Of a stretch of DNA of 64,000 nucleotides, positions 47,549-56,374 are shown piece by piece. The translations under genes and the position numbers were made by a program. Position 1 is the first letter of the stretch. Each line of letters starts with the position of its first letter. The notes under the pieces are model-generated. The model saw nothing but the letters and a program-made list of their open reading frames with translations. It ran no database searches and was not told where the DNA came from. The DNA comes from Spirochaetia bacterium (GTDB taxonomy: Bacteria > Spirochaetota > Spirochaetia > CADAEX01), in assembly GCA_017535435.1 (NCBI GenBank), contig JAFXTY010000060.1, positions 654 to 64,653 of the forward strand. The letters are read 5' to 3'.

Positions 47549-48424
47549 ATGAAGTTTGAAGGAATTTATACCGCCCTTATCACACCATTCAATAAGGACG
47601 AGTCAATTGACTGGGGCGCACTCAAGGCCCTTGTAGATTTTCAGGTGGAATCCGGAGTTGCCGGAATTGCACCTATGGGCACCACAGGCGAGAGCCCTAC
47701 AATCATCCATGAGGATCACCTTAAGATTATCGAATTTGTAGCAAGACAGGCTGCAGGCCGCTGTCAGATTATCGCAGGTGCAGGCTCCAACAGCACATCT
47801 GAGGCAATCCATATGACCAAGATCGCAGCAAGCTTCGGAGTAGATGCCACACTGCAGGTTGCACCATACTACAACAAGCCCAGCATGGAGGGTTTCTACC
47901 GCCACTTCATGACAATTGCAGACGCAGCTGATATTCCAATGGTTGTATACAACATTCCTGGACGGACAGGAAAGAACATCGACAATGCCACAATGCTCCG
48001 CCTGGCACAGCATCCAAATATTCAGGCTGTAAAGGAAGCAAGCGGCGATGTGAACCAGATGATGAACCTGATTGCCGCAAAGCCAGACTCATTCACAGTG
48101 CTCTCCGGCGACGACAACCTGGGATTCCTCCTTATCGCCATGGGCGGAAAGGGAATTGTATCTGTAGCATCCAACCTCTATCCAAAGGAGATGAATGCTC
48201 TGTGCAACGCAGCACTGGCTGGCAAGCTTGAAGAAGCTAAGAAGCTCCACTACAAGATGCTTCCATTCTTCAGAGCAGAGTTTGCAGACACAAACCCAGT
48301 TCCTATCAAGTACGCTATGTACAAGGCCGGCATGATCCAGGAAGCTTACCGGCTCCCACTGTGCGAAACCTCTGCCGCTGTAAAGGCTCAGGTGGACGCC
48401 GCAATGGCCAAGCTGGCACAGTAA
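47549..48424 (+). CDS. dapA: 4-hydroxy-tetrahydrodipicolinate synthase
   Basis: 291 aa; TIM-barrel DapA/NAL family, GTTGE motif (PMGTTGESPT) and active-site Lys region (…LQVAPYYNKPS…). Confidence 0.9.
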   Translation: MKFEGIYTALITPFNKDESIDWGALKALVDFQVESGVAGIAPMGTTGESPTIIHEDHLKIIEFVARQAAGRCQIIAGAGSNSTSEAIHMTKIAASFGVDATLQVAPYYNKPSMEGFYRHFMTIADAADIPMVVYNIPGRTGKNIDNATMLRLAQHPNIQAVKEASGDVNQMMNLIAAKPDSFTVLSGDDNLGFLLIAMGGKGIVSVASNLYPKEMNALCNAALAGKLEEAKKLHYKMLPFFRAEFADTNPVPIKYAMYKAGMIQEAYRLPLCETSAAVKAQVDAAMAKLAQ

Positions 48425-48445
48425 TTATTTTATTAGCAAGTATTT

Positions 48446-48474
48446 AGCCCCGGGACAACCCCGGGGCTTTTTTA
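48446..48474 (+). terminator. rho-independent terminator (AGCCCCGGG-ACAA-CCCGGGGCT + T6)
   Basis: Perfect 9-bp GC-rich stem and T-run 22 nt after dapA stop; marks end of the core operon and start of accessory segment. Confidence 0.85.
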
Positions 48475-48557
48475 TGCTTGCGTTTTTAAACGGTACAAAT
48501 GCTTACCAGAAATGAAGCTGTTAGTTTCAACATAAATTCATTTTCAGGAGGTGTTTT

Positions 48558-49226
48558 GTGCAAAACATCAATTTTTTACCATGGATTGGCAAAAATTATC
48601 AGACAGGCCTCGGTCCAAAAGGTCTTCGGGTGCTGGTTTTAGGCGAAAGTCACTATTGTTTCACCCTTGGACAGGGAAAATGTCCAGGATGTTCACTTAA
48701 GAATTGTATTGCCGCAGGTTTTACAAAGGAAGATTTCGAGCAGCAGACAATAGAGTACATCAAGGATATCCTCTATAACAACAAAGGATTGCCTTATCAA
48801 CAGACAGCATTAAGCTTTGAGAGGGCAATCGTGGGCAAGAAGAAACTGACTCAGGCAGAGCGGGAGGATTTTTGGAACAGTGTTATCTTCTATAATTATA
48901 TTCAGAAGTCGCTTCCAAAGCTTGATGGAAAAAGGACAGAGTTCACAGTAAATGACTTGGTTGGTTCAGATTCTGCATTTGATTTCATACTTGGTACATA
49001 TTTGCCTGATCTCATCATTGTCTGGGGGTTCAGGCTGTTCAAAATTTTGCCTCCCTGGGGTTCTGTCCGGTCAGAGCTGGAGCTACCATCGGGAGAAAAG
49101 ACGGATATCAGGATGTATTATGTCTGTGGGAAAAGCATTCCAGCCATAAAGGTGGCTCATCCAAGCTGTCCAAAGGGTCGTCAGTGGGAGTACTGGCATC
49201 AGTTCTACGATGTATTTTTGAATTGA
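48558..49226 (+). CDS. hypothetical Cys-containing protein (first gene of accessory segment)
   Basis: 222 aa; GTG start 6 nt after AGGAGG; Cys cluster CFTLGQGKCPGCSLKNC plus HPSCPKG; no family recognised. Confidence 0.5.
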   Translation: MQNINFLPWIGKNYQTGLGPKGLRVLVLGESHYCFTLGQGKCPGCSLKNCIAAGFTKEDFEQQTIEYIKDILYNNKGLPYQQTALSFERAIVGKKKLTQAEREDFWNSVIFYNYIQKSLPKLDGKRTEFTVNDLVGSDSAFDFILGTYLPDLIIVWGFRLFKILPPWGSVRSELELPSGEKTDIRMYYVCGKSIPAIKVAHPSCPKGRQWEYWHQFYDVFLN

Positions 49227-49245
49227 GATTCTGAAGTCTGCTTAC

Positions 49246-49306
49246 ATATCGGCAATATATAAATGGTATATAAAGTAAAAATACCACTTTATATTTTGCC
49301 GATATT
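49246..49306. promoter_or_regulatory. inverted repeat ATATCGGCAA(49246-55)/TTGCCGATAT(49297-306) flanking an AT-rich hairpin upstream of the Fic gene; candidate operator/promoter region
   Basis: 10-bp perfect reverse-complementary arms ~40 nt apart; TATATA-like -10 candidates between and after them. Confidence 0.35.
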
Positions 49307-49322
49307 GTGTTATTATATAGAC

Positions 49323-50192
49323 ATGGGAAAAGTAGATTATCTGCAGGTCGCCGATATAGCCAAAGCATGGGAAGTCTCAGACCGCAGTGTGCGGAACTAC
49401 TGTTGCCATGGGCGGGTCCCTGGGGCCATCATTGCCGGCAAGACTTGGCAGATACCTGCAGATACCCCTAAACCAAAGCGGCAGATTCGTCATTGCAGGA
49501 AAAAAGAGGAGACTGTTCTGGAGCAGCTTAAGAGGGAAAAGGATTCTGGGTTTAAGGGAGGGATGTACCATCGTATACAGATTGATTTTACTTATAACTC
49601 TAATCATATAGAGGGCTCCCGCCTGACTCCGGAGCAGACCCGCTATATCTTTGAGACCAACACCATCGGGATAACCGATAAAAGCGTCAATGTAAATGAT
49701 ATCATAGAGACAGTGAACCACTTTCGATGTGTAGATCTGGCTATCGAAGGGGCCAAGTCAAAGCTGACCGAAAGTTTTATCAAGCAGCTTCATTTTATAC
49801 TTAAGAACGGAACCTCCGATTCCCGGAAAAGCTGGTTCAAGGTTGGCGAATACAAGCTGCTGGAGAACGAGGTAGGTGGCATGGAGACAGCGGCCCCCGA
49901 AGATGTGAAGCCCCGGATGAAGGAACTCCTTGCCTGGTACAATGCAAAGAAGGTTGTGACCTTGGATGATATTCTTGATTTTCATGTACGGTTTGAGCGT
50001 ATCCATCCGTTCCAGGATGGAAACGGCAGGGTGGGGCGGCTGATTATGTTCAAGGAGTGTTTAAAAAACAACCTAAAACCGATTATAATAACCGAACAGC
50101 TCAAGTGGTTCTACTACCGCGGTCTCAAGGAGTGGTTCCATGAGCGTGGTTTTCTACGTGAGACTTGTCTGGAGGCAATGGAGGGGGTATAA
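49323..50192 (+). CDS. Fic-family protein (AMPylase-type) with N-terminal excisionase-type HTH, class II auto-inhibited
   Basis: Canonical Fic motif HPFQDGNGRVGR; upstream inhibitory-helix motif SNHIEG ([ST]xxxE[GN]) in same polypeptide; N-term MGKVDYLQVADIAKAWEVSDRSVRNYC HTH. Track ORF starts 60 nt earlier (49263) inside the promoter-like AT-rich region. Confidence 0.85.
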   Translation: MGKVDYLQVADIAKAWEVSDRSVRNYCCHGRVPGAIIAGKTWQIPADTPKPKRQIRHCRKKEETVLEQLKREKDSGFKGGMYHRIQIDFTYNSNHIEGSRLTPEQTRYIFETNTIGITDKSVNVNDIIETVNHFRCVDLAIEGAKSKLTESFIKQLHFILKNGTSDSRKSWFKVGEYKLLENEVGGMETAAPEDVKPRMKELLAWYNAKKVVTLDDILDFHVRFERIHPFQDGNGRVGRLIMFKECLKNNLKPIIITEQLKWFYYRGLKEWFHERGFLRETCLEAMEGV

Positions 50193-50201
50193 TTTATAGG
50201 T

Positions 50202-51815
50202 ATGAGTGATAAAATAATTATAAAAAAAGAAGATGAAGGGATACAAAGACTTGAAGTTAGTAACGAAGTTGTTGATAGGCTTAATAATATTTTTCGACGT
50301 GTAATTTGGAGAGACCCTGAAGGAAAAAACGAAGGTTATTTTGACATAAATAAAGATATATCTTTTCATAAAGATCTCTGTGATAAAATATTAGAGAAGA
50401 AAGTATCTGATTATAGTATTGTTGAGATTTTTTATTCTAAGAAAAAAGATGATTCGAAATATGAATACTTATTGCCACCTGAAAAAGAGTTTAAACAGAT
50501 TGATATTAATGAATTTAATACTTTTAAAAGCGAGCCTAAATATACTGAAGGTGGTTATTACTATCTCTTTAATAAATGTTTTATTGAAAAGAATTTTGTA
50601 AAGAATCTCGGAATACCGACAAATAAAGAAGATGGTTTCTTCCCATTATGGAAAGAGTATGAGCAATTTGAAAAGAAAGAATGGATTTGTCAATATCTCT
50701 ATAGGCAGGCACGTTTTAACTGGTATAATAGCGGAAATATAAATTTTTATTATAAACCTGCACAGCCATGGGTAGAATTTTATCATTTTTGCCAATTTTG
50801 CTATACATTAGTTAGAGCCGGGCTTGAAGTGAAAAAAGACAATAAAGGAAAACAGCTGAAAGAGTATAAAAACGATGGATATAAATATCTTATAGATAGA
50901 TATCTTGGGGAAAATATAAAAAAAATTAATAAAATTAAAAAAATAATATCAGATACAAAGGGAAAAACAAGTAAAAAGCAGGATTCATCTTTAGAAAAAC
51001 TAGAAAAAGAGTATTCTTATATAATGGGAAATATCGAATATGGAATAGAAGATGATTCAAAACCATTTCATATAAAAAGCCTTAAAGAAACAATTTTACA
51101 AATAAATTTCCATAAAGTCCATAATAGTTATCAAAAGTATAATTTTTTTAGTTTTGATTCTAATGATTGTGAATCTATTAAAAATATATATAAGAAATTA
51201 AATGACAAAGATTCTGAAGGTGATTACAATATTAGTTTAAAAAATTATTCTCAAATGTTTGATTATATTTTAAAGCATATATCACAATTGTCTAAAGAAG
51301 ACAAGGATACTATAACCTATATTTTTAAAAAAAAGAACTTTAAAAAAAATCCGGAATGCTATGATAAAGATACTGAGACAGAAGGCAATGATAAAGATAC
51401 TGAAGAATCTGAGAATAATGCTTCCCCAGAAAAACATATAATAAGTGGATCAGAAGGTGCTGATGAAATAATGTACAAGAAAGCCCAAGAAGAGAAAATA
51501 ATTAAGATTACTATAAAGATTTTTTGCAAACAATTCCCTTTCGATGAAAGATTTGTTCATTGGTTGAATGGATTGAATAGTTATGAGGAACTTGAATCCT
51601 TTCTTGTTGCGTTTATTCAGCTTAGTAAAAAGGGTAAAGTAAAGGAAGATCTTGCTGAGAAGAAAGTTAAGAATATGCTAATTGATAAATACAATGAAAT
51701 GGAAAATCTAAAAGAATACAGTGATGAAATAATCTCTCTTTTTGAGGAAAGGGTTAAGAAAGTTAAGGATTTGATTAAGAGGAAGTATAATGGAAAAAAT
51801 GACCTTTCTGAATGA
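50202..51815 (+). CDS. hypothetical protein, AT-rich cassette gene 1 (Lys/Asp/Glu-rich)
   Basis: 537 aa uninterrupted ORF in ~1/3-GC DNA; 9 nt after Fic stop; contains internal tandem DKDTE(T/E)EG repeat; no NTPase/nuclease motif found by eye. Confidence 0.55.
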   Translation: MSDKIIIKKEDEGIQRLEVSNEVVDRLNNIFRRVIWRDPEGKNEGYFDINKDISFHKDLCDKILEKKVSDYSIVEIFYSKKKDDSKYEYLLPPEKEFKQIDINEFNTFKSEPKYTEGGYYYLFNKCFIEKNFVKNLGIPTNKEDGFFPLWKEYEQFEKKEWICQYLYRQARFNWYNSGNINFYYKPAQPWVEFYHFCQFCYTLVRAGLEVKKDNKGKQLKEYKNDGYKYLIDRYLGENIKKINKIKKIISDTKGKTSKKQDSSLEKLEKEYSYIMGNIEYGIEDDSKPFHIKSLKETILQINFHKVHNSYQKYNFFSFDSNDCESIKNIYKKLNDKDSEGDYNISLKNYSQMFDYILKHISQLSKEDKDTITYIFKKKNFKKNPECYDKDTETEGNDKDTEESENNASPEKHIISGSEGADEIMYKKAQEEKIIKITIKIFCKQFPFDERFVHWLNGLNSYEELESFLVAFIQLSKKGKVKEDLAEKKVKNMLIDKYNEMENLKEYSDEIISLFEERVKKVKDLIKRKYNGKNDLSE

Positions 51816-52530
51816 GCTTATGAATGCTAATGGTATCTCTATTGCAGATATTTCAAGGTGTCATAATTGCAAGTTTTTTAAAAATTTAAAATACAATGAA
51901 ATATTTAAATGTAATATAAACAATGATAATTCTTTGGCAGTAACTGTTGCTGAGTTATTATATCCAGAAAAAGTGAAGTATATAAAGAATTATTTATTTA
52001 AAGATTCTAAAAATTGGCGAAAAGATTTGGTAAATTATGGCAAACAGTACAAAAAAATAATTATTACTGCAATGTTATTTGATACAGATTTCTATGTATA
52101 TGCCAGTAACTGGTGCTATCTTATGAGATTAGCCGCAGATCAGTATTATGCCAGACATAAAGAAAAAAAATTCTATGTGCTTGACCGGCCCGCTGAGGGG
52201 TATGGTGCAAAGATTTTTGATATTGGAGAGCCAATGGTGCTGGAGGGCACCGGAGTTCTGACTGTGGCTGGCAGATATATTCATGAAGATAATGAAGGGG
52301 ATCCCAGTAAAAAGATAATGAAGACTACCTTTAATTTTGAGTTTGGAAAGGAAGTATTGGAAGGGAAAGACGTTAGAATAACTATAGAGTGTGATGATAA
52401 TGTTAATAAGACTAGAGAAATAGTAATTGATTCCAGGTCTCTACAGGATGGAAAGAATAAAGTTCATAAAACTGTCGACCTAGATTTTGAGAATGGTTTT
52501 GATATTTCTGTAAAAAAAAATATCCTCTAG
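51790..52530 (+). CDS. hypothetical protein, AT-rich cassette gene 2
   Basis: 246 aa; overlaps gene 1 by 26 nt (translational coupling); Cys pair CHNCKFF…C; no family recognised. Confidence 0.5.
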   Translation: MEKMTFLNELMNANGISIADISRCHNCKFFKNLKYNEIFKCNINNDNSLAVTVAELLYPEKVKYIKNYLFKDSKNWRKDLVNYGKQYKKIIITAMLFDTDFYVYASNWCYLMRLAADQYYARHKEKKFYVLDRPAEGYGAKIFDIGEPMVLEGTGVLTVAGRYIHEDNEGDPSKKIMKTTFNFEFGKEVLEGKDVRITIECDDNVNKTREIVIDSRSLQDGKNKVHKTVDLDFENGFDISVKKNIL

Positions 52531-52576
52531 AGAAATTTCTTTCCCCATAAAATCATTATATGGGTAGGAGGAAAAA

Positions 52577-54553
52577 ATGGAAATACTGATTCCAATTGTA
52601 GAAAAAACTGTAGAAGGAAAAACTGAAGTATCATTTCATAGCATAACTAATGTTTACCAGAGAGAGCTTGCCCGAGGTGGAGTAATCGCTGTCAACGAAT
52701 TTGATGAGGAAACAAAGTTTGATGAAGAAACGAAAGGAATATTTGGACAAGATTTGAACCCCTGTCAGGTCATGGTCGAGCCAAGACCCGCTACAGGCAA
52801 GGAAATATCTGCCAATGACATTGTGCTCTTACCAGCAATACCGCTTGGGATATTGCTGGCAATTGAAAAGATGATTAATTATAGATTCTTCAAAGAATAC
52901 TATGACATACTGATTGTTGCAGGCTATGTCGAGAATGGCATATTGAAAGCCATCAATGATAGTCAGCATATTTATGAAGAAGCAAGTAATAATAAGTATG
53001 TTGCACGTTTAATCTCAAATAAGAAGCGAGTTCAATTCCTATATGTGGCCAATGATGATATCGAGATTGTGACAAACAATAATGAAACTCACTGCTGGGA
53101 TGGTACTTATCCTATTTCTGTTTTTCGATTTGCCCCTGATATTCCATATGCCAATATTCTTGAAGAACTATTCACAGTCGTAGGTAATAAAATTGTATAT
53201 TATCCGAATTGGGTTGAGAACGATGGTCTGCCATGGGGACGGAAAGAAAACGATTTTTCAAGAGAAGATATAAAGTATAGAGATGCTTCATATATGTTCA
53301 CATATAAAGATGATGAACTTAAGAGTGTTAGAAAAATTAACAGTGCTGGATTGCCCTATGCCTATTCAGGTCCAATAGATAATCCTGTGTTTCAAGAGTT
53401 TTATTACCATGATTCTGATAAATCTGATAAACCAAATATAACAGTTCTCTACAAGACAAAATCTGGGAATACTGTATATAGAAAAGAGATTAAGAGAGAG
53501 AGTAATAATTCTTATAAGGTGACCTTCTATAACTGCTTGGATGCAGGTCCTTTCTTCTTTAACAGTGATTTTATGGAATATAAGCCTGAAACAATTGACA
53601 GTGTTTGCTCTTTGCCAGATGCATTCATAGGAAAAGAGTGGCTAGTAGAATGTAATCAGCATGGCTTCGTGACTAGCAAGCTTGCTACAAGAAGTAATAA
53701 TGAAATATATGGTATGGAATATTCCTATGATGAAGACGATAAAGCAGGCAACATTTGTAAGGAATATTTTCTTGGTCAAGATGGCAAGCCAATTACTGTC
53801 AATGGGATTGTTGGATATGAAATGCAGTATGACAATAATAATAATATGACAGAGCGGAAGGCATTGGATGCAGAATATAAAAATCTGAATAGAGCTAAAT
53901 TTGAATATGATGAGAACAACAGACAGGTTCGCTGCGAGCTTTATGATAGTCAAGGTAAGTGTCATGTGGTAAAGACAAACTGGAAAAACTTTCCCCGGAC
54001 AATAGAGACAGATTATGGTCATAGCATCTTAAGAAGAAAGTATGATTGGCTTGGATACTGTGTATCCCTGGCAGTTCTTGACGACAAGAATAAACCGACT
54101 TGTGGTAGAGTAGGTAATGCTCTATGCTCAGAGATTCGAAGAGTGTTTAATGAGGGAACTCTGCCAATTGAAATCTCATACCGAGATGAAGAACAAGAGC
54201 TTGCTTGTCGGGATGATGGAGTAGCTGTCATAAAGACCAAGTATGATCCTGATAAAAATATAGCAAAAGAGACTTATCATGGAATATATGGAAATGCAAC
54301 AGAAGATGAACGTGGAATTGCTCAGATAAAGCAATATTATGAATATTATAAAGATGGAAAAATTGGAAGGTTTATATTATTATATAGATTGTCAGAGCTT
54401 GATGATTTATATAAAGATGAAATCCAATTGGGTGAGATTAAGGATGGATTAGCTTGGTTTATGTCAAATCCTGTGAAAGTTCCCAATTTGGCCATAGATA
54501 TAAATGCATATCTTTATAACTTACCCCAAATACCGTTGCCTCTCCATTTTTAA
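52577..54553 (+). CDS. hypothetical large protein, AT-rich cassette gene 3
   Basis: 658 aa; AGGAGG RBS; Asn/Tyr/Asp-rich, no Walker A or known catalytic signature seen. Confidence 0.55.
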   Translation: MEILIPIVEKTVEGKTEVSFHSITNVYQRELARGGVIAVNEFDEETKFDEETKGIFGQDLNPCQVMVEPRPATGKEISANDIVLLPAIPLGILLAIEKMINYRFFKEYYDILIVAGYVENGILKAINDSQHIYEEASNNKYVARLISNKKRVQFLYVANDDIEIVTNNNETHCWDGTYPISVFRFAPDIPYANILEELFTVVGNKIVYYPNWVENDGLPWGRKENDFSREDIKYRDASYMFTYKDDELKSVRKINSAGLPYAYSGPIDNPVFQEFYYHDSDKSDKPNITVLYKTKSGNTVYRKEIKRESNNSYKVTFYNCLDAGPFFFNSDFMEYKPETIDSVCSLPDAFIGKEWLVECNQHGFVTSKLATRSNNEIYGMEYSYDEDDKAGNICKEYFLGQDGKPITVNGIVGYEMQYDNNNNMTERKALDAEYKNLNRAKFEYDENNRQVRCELYDSQGKCHVVKTNWKNFPRTIETDYGHSILRRKYDWLGYCVSLAVLDDKNKPTCGRVGNALCSEIRRVFNEGTLPIEISYRDEEQELACRDDGVAVIKTKYDPDKNIAKETYHGIYGNATEDERGIAQIKQYYEYYKDGKIGRFILLYRLSELDDLYKDEIQLGEIKDGLAWFMSNPVKVPNLAIDINAYLYNLPQIPLPLHF

Positions 54554-54555
54554 TC

Positions 54556-54598
54556 TGAGCGGGACTGAGTAATCAGCCTCGCTTTTTTTATTTTTTTT
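54556..54598 (+). terminator. probable terminator (imperfect hairpin + T7ATTTTTTTT)
   Basis: AGCGG…CC(T)CGCT stem with internal CTGA/TCAG hairpin followed by long T-run immediately after cassette gene 3. Confidence 0.45.
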
Positions 54599-54701
54599 CT
54601 AAAATTTTAATTTTTGTTACCCCAAATATCTATATGAACTATTGAGAGGGCAAAATGGCGTGTTTCGCCATCCCCTCATACATATTAAGTGGAGGAAAAC
54701 T

Positions 54702-55550
54702 ATGAAGAAAGCTTTCATTGCTGTGGACGGTATCTTTGGATTTGACCTGTTCCAGCATGGTAAGGAGCAGTACCACAAGGTACTTGATTTCGGTGGACTC
54801 ATTCAGGATGTCTGCCAGCGTCTGGGGACAAAAGGTGACTGCCAGGTCTTGGTTCCAAAGGTCTTAAGGCGGTGCTACATAGGGGCAACAACTAAGTGCT
54901 GGAATCCAGTCAGGAGAGAGTACGAGACTGCGCTGAGAAATGCCAAGTTCGTAATGCCCGGCAGGCCGCTTTGCAGCAACGGCAAGGAAAAGGGGATAGA
55001 CACTTTGCTCTTCTCTGAAGTCATAGAGGCTGCTCGGTATGACTATTTTGATTACCTAGTGCTACTGACTGGAGATCTGGATCACATCACACTGGTTCAA
55101 GATCTCAAAGAGATGGGGAAGGAAACCATACTGCTCACAGGGAAGGTATGTGGCGAGGATGGTTTGGAGAAGACTGGTTACTCAAAGGAACTTGAGAACA
55201 ACTGTATGGAAACAATAGATATATTTAGCCTTATTGGCGAACCTAAGGTATTTAAAGATGTCCCTGCCATTCCTGCTGTCGCAGCAGATAAGAAGCAGAT
55301 TCCGCAGGTCGTACAGGCAATTGTGGAAATAATGGCAGAGAAATCAAAGGAGGTGGGGAAAACAGCGGTCTTTGCCTACCAGGATATGGTTGAGGCACGA
55401 TTAGTCCAAAACGGCACACAGCTGGGTATGCCACTAGGCGAGTATCTGGTTTCCTTCCCGACAATTTTCAAGGTTGGGTGTGTCTGGTTCTCCCAGAGGA
55501 AGACAGTGTCACTTATTAACACCACTAATACTCTTAAGGAGGTAATATGA
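54702..55550 (+). CDS. NYN (LabA-like, PIN-fold) nuclease domain protein with C-terminal OST-HTH/LOTUS-like domain
   Basis: Start at MKKAF after GGAGGA (track ORF begins 54642). NYN motifs FIAVDG, GKEKGIDTLLFSEVIE, DYLVLLTGDLDHITLVQDLKEMGKETILL; C-terminal ~90 aa helical LOTUS-like segment. Confidence 0.65.
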   Translation: MKKAFIAVDGIFGFDLFQHGKEQYHKVLDFGGLIQDVCQRLGTKGDCQVLVPKVLRRCYIGATTKCWNPVRREYETALRNAKFVMPGRPLCSNGKEKGIDTLLFSEVIEAARYDYFDYLVLLTGDLDHITLVQDLKEMGKETILLTGKVCGEDGLEKTGYSKELENNCMETIDIFSLIGEPKVFKDVPAIPAVAADKKQIPQVVQAIVEIMAEKSKEVGKTAVFAYQDMVEARLVQNGTQLGMPLGEYLVSFPTIFKVGCVWFSQRKTVSLINTTNTLKEVI

Positions 55551-55614
55551 TCACTTTAGCAATCATAGCGTTTATTATCTCAAAACTGTGAGAAGCGAAG
55601 GAAAAATAATAATA

Positions 55615-55803
55615 ATGACTTTTGAAGAAATTAAGAAGCAGATTGAAATAGGCAATCTTGAGTGGAAAGAACTGCTTACTATGAGGGCTTTATTCCCAAA
55701 GTATCGGCAGGATTTAAGACACGAAGTAATTAAGAGGAACATCCCCTGGTGGATGCCATGTAAGGATTGGATTGCGAAAAGAATTGAGAAAAAGATCAAC
55801 TAA
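55615..55803 (+). CDS. small hypothetical protein (62 aa from MTFEEIKK…)
   Basis: Short ORF between NYN and DUF1232 genes; Trp/Lys-rich; weak RBS; could be non-coding. Confidence 0.3.
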   Translation: MTFEEIKKQIEIGNLEWKELLTMRALFPKYRQDLRHEVIKRNIPWWMPCKDWIAKRIEKKIN

Positions 55804-55813
55804 GGAGTAAAAA

Positions 55814-56215
55814 ATGAAATATAACTATGACGACAAAGACCTCAGCAGAGAGTTTGAGGCAAGAAAATCAACTTCTACAAAAGATGTGGATAATGTGCTG
55901 AAGAACGAGGAGAAAATCAAGAGGATGGCGAAGAAGGGAGCGCTGGCCAAGTTCTTTGGAGACATCGTACTGTTTTTCCAGCTGCTGGGTGATTATACCA
56001 GAGGAAGATACCGGAAGGTTCCTTTGCGGACGATTGCCGCTATTGTAGGCGCATTGGCCTATGTCTTGAGCCCTATAGACATTATCCCAGACTTATTTCC
56101 GGTAATCGGTTATGTAGACGATGCCGGAGTGATGGCCCTCTGCCTGAAGCTTGTTCAGTCAGATATCGACCATTATCGTACATGGAGAGAGGGTAACAAC
56201 AAGAAAGCTGCGTAA
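55814..56215 (+). CDS. DUF1232 (YkvA-like) membrane protein
   Basis: 133 aa; signature …PIDIIPDLFPVIGYVDDAGV… typical of DUF1232. Confidence 0.65.
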   Translation: MKYNYDDKDLSREFEARKSTSTKDVDNVLKNEEKIKRMAKKGALAKFFGDIVLFFQLLGDYTRGRYRKVPLRTIAAIVGALAYVLSPIDIIPDLFPVIGYVDDAGVMALCLKLVQSDIDHYRTWREGNNKKAA

Positions 56216-56374
56216 TTATCAATGGGGCGCCCTGCTTTTTTTGCAGGGCGATATTTAGAGTCCAACATTGAACCCCCAGAAAATCATATAAAAAGTAGAG
56301 AAGATTAAAAGGGCAGCCTGACAAGGGCAATTTTGAATTGAATAGAGCGCCATAGGGCTACCAAAGGAGGACAG

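Noticed and set aside
56227-56255. hairpin GCGCCCTGC-TTTTTTT-GCAGGGCG after the DUF1232 gene as a terminator
   Set aside because: The T-run forms the loop rather than following the stem. It may still pause transcription, but it does not fit the rho-independent terminator pattern well enough to list as a feature.
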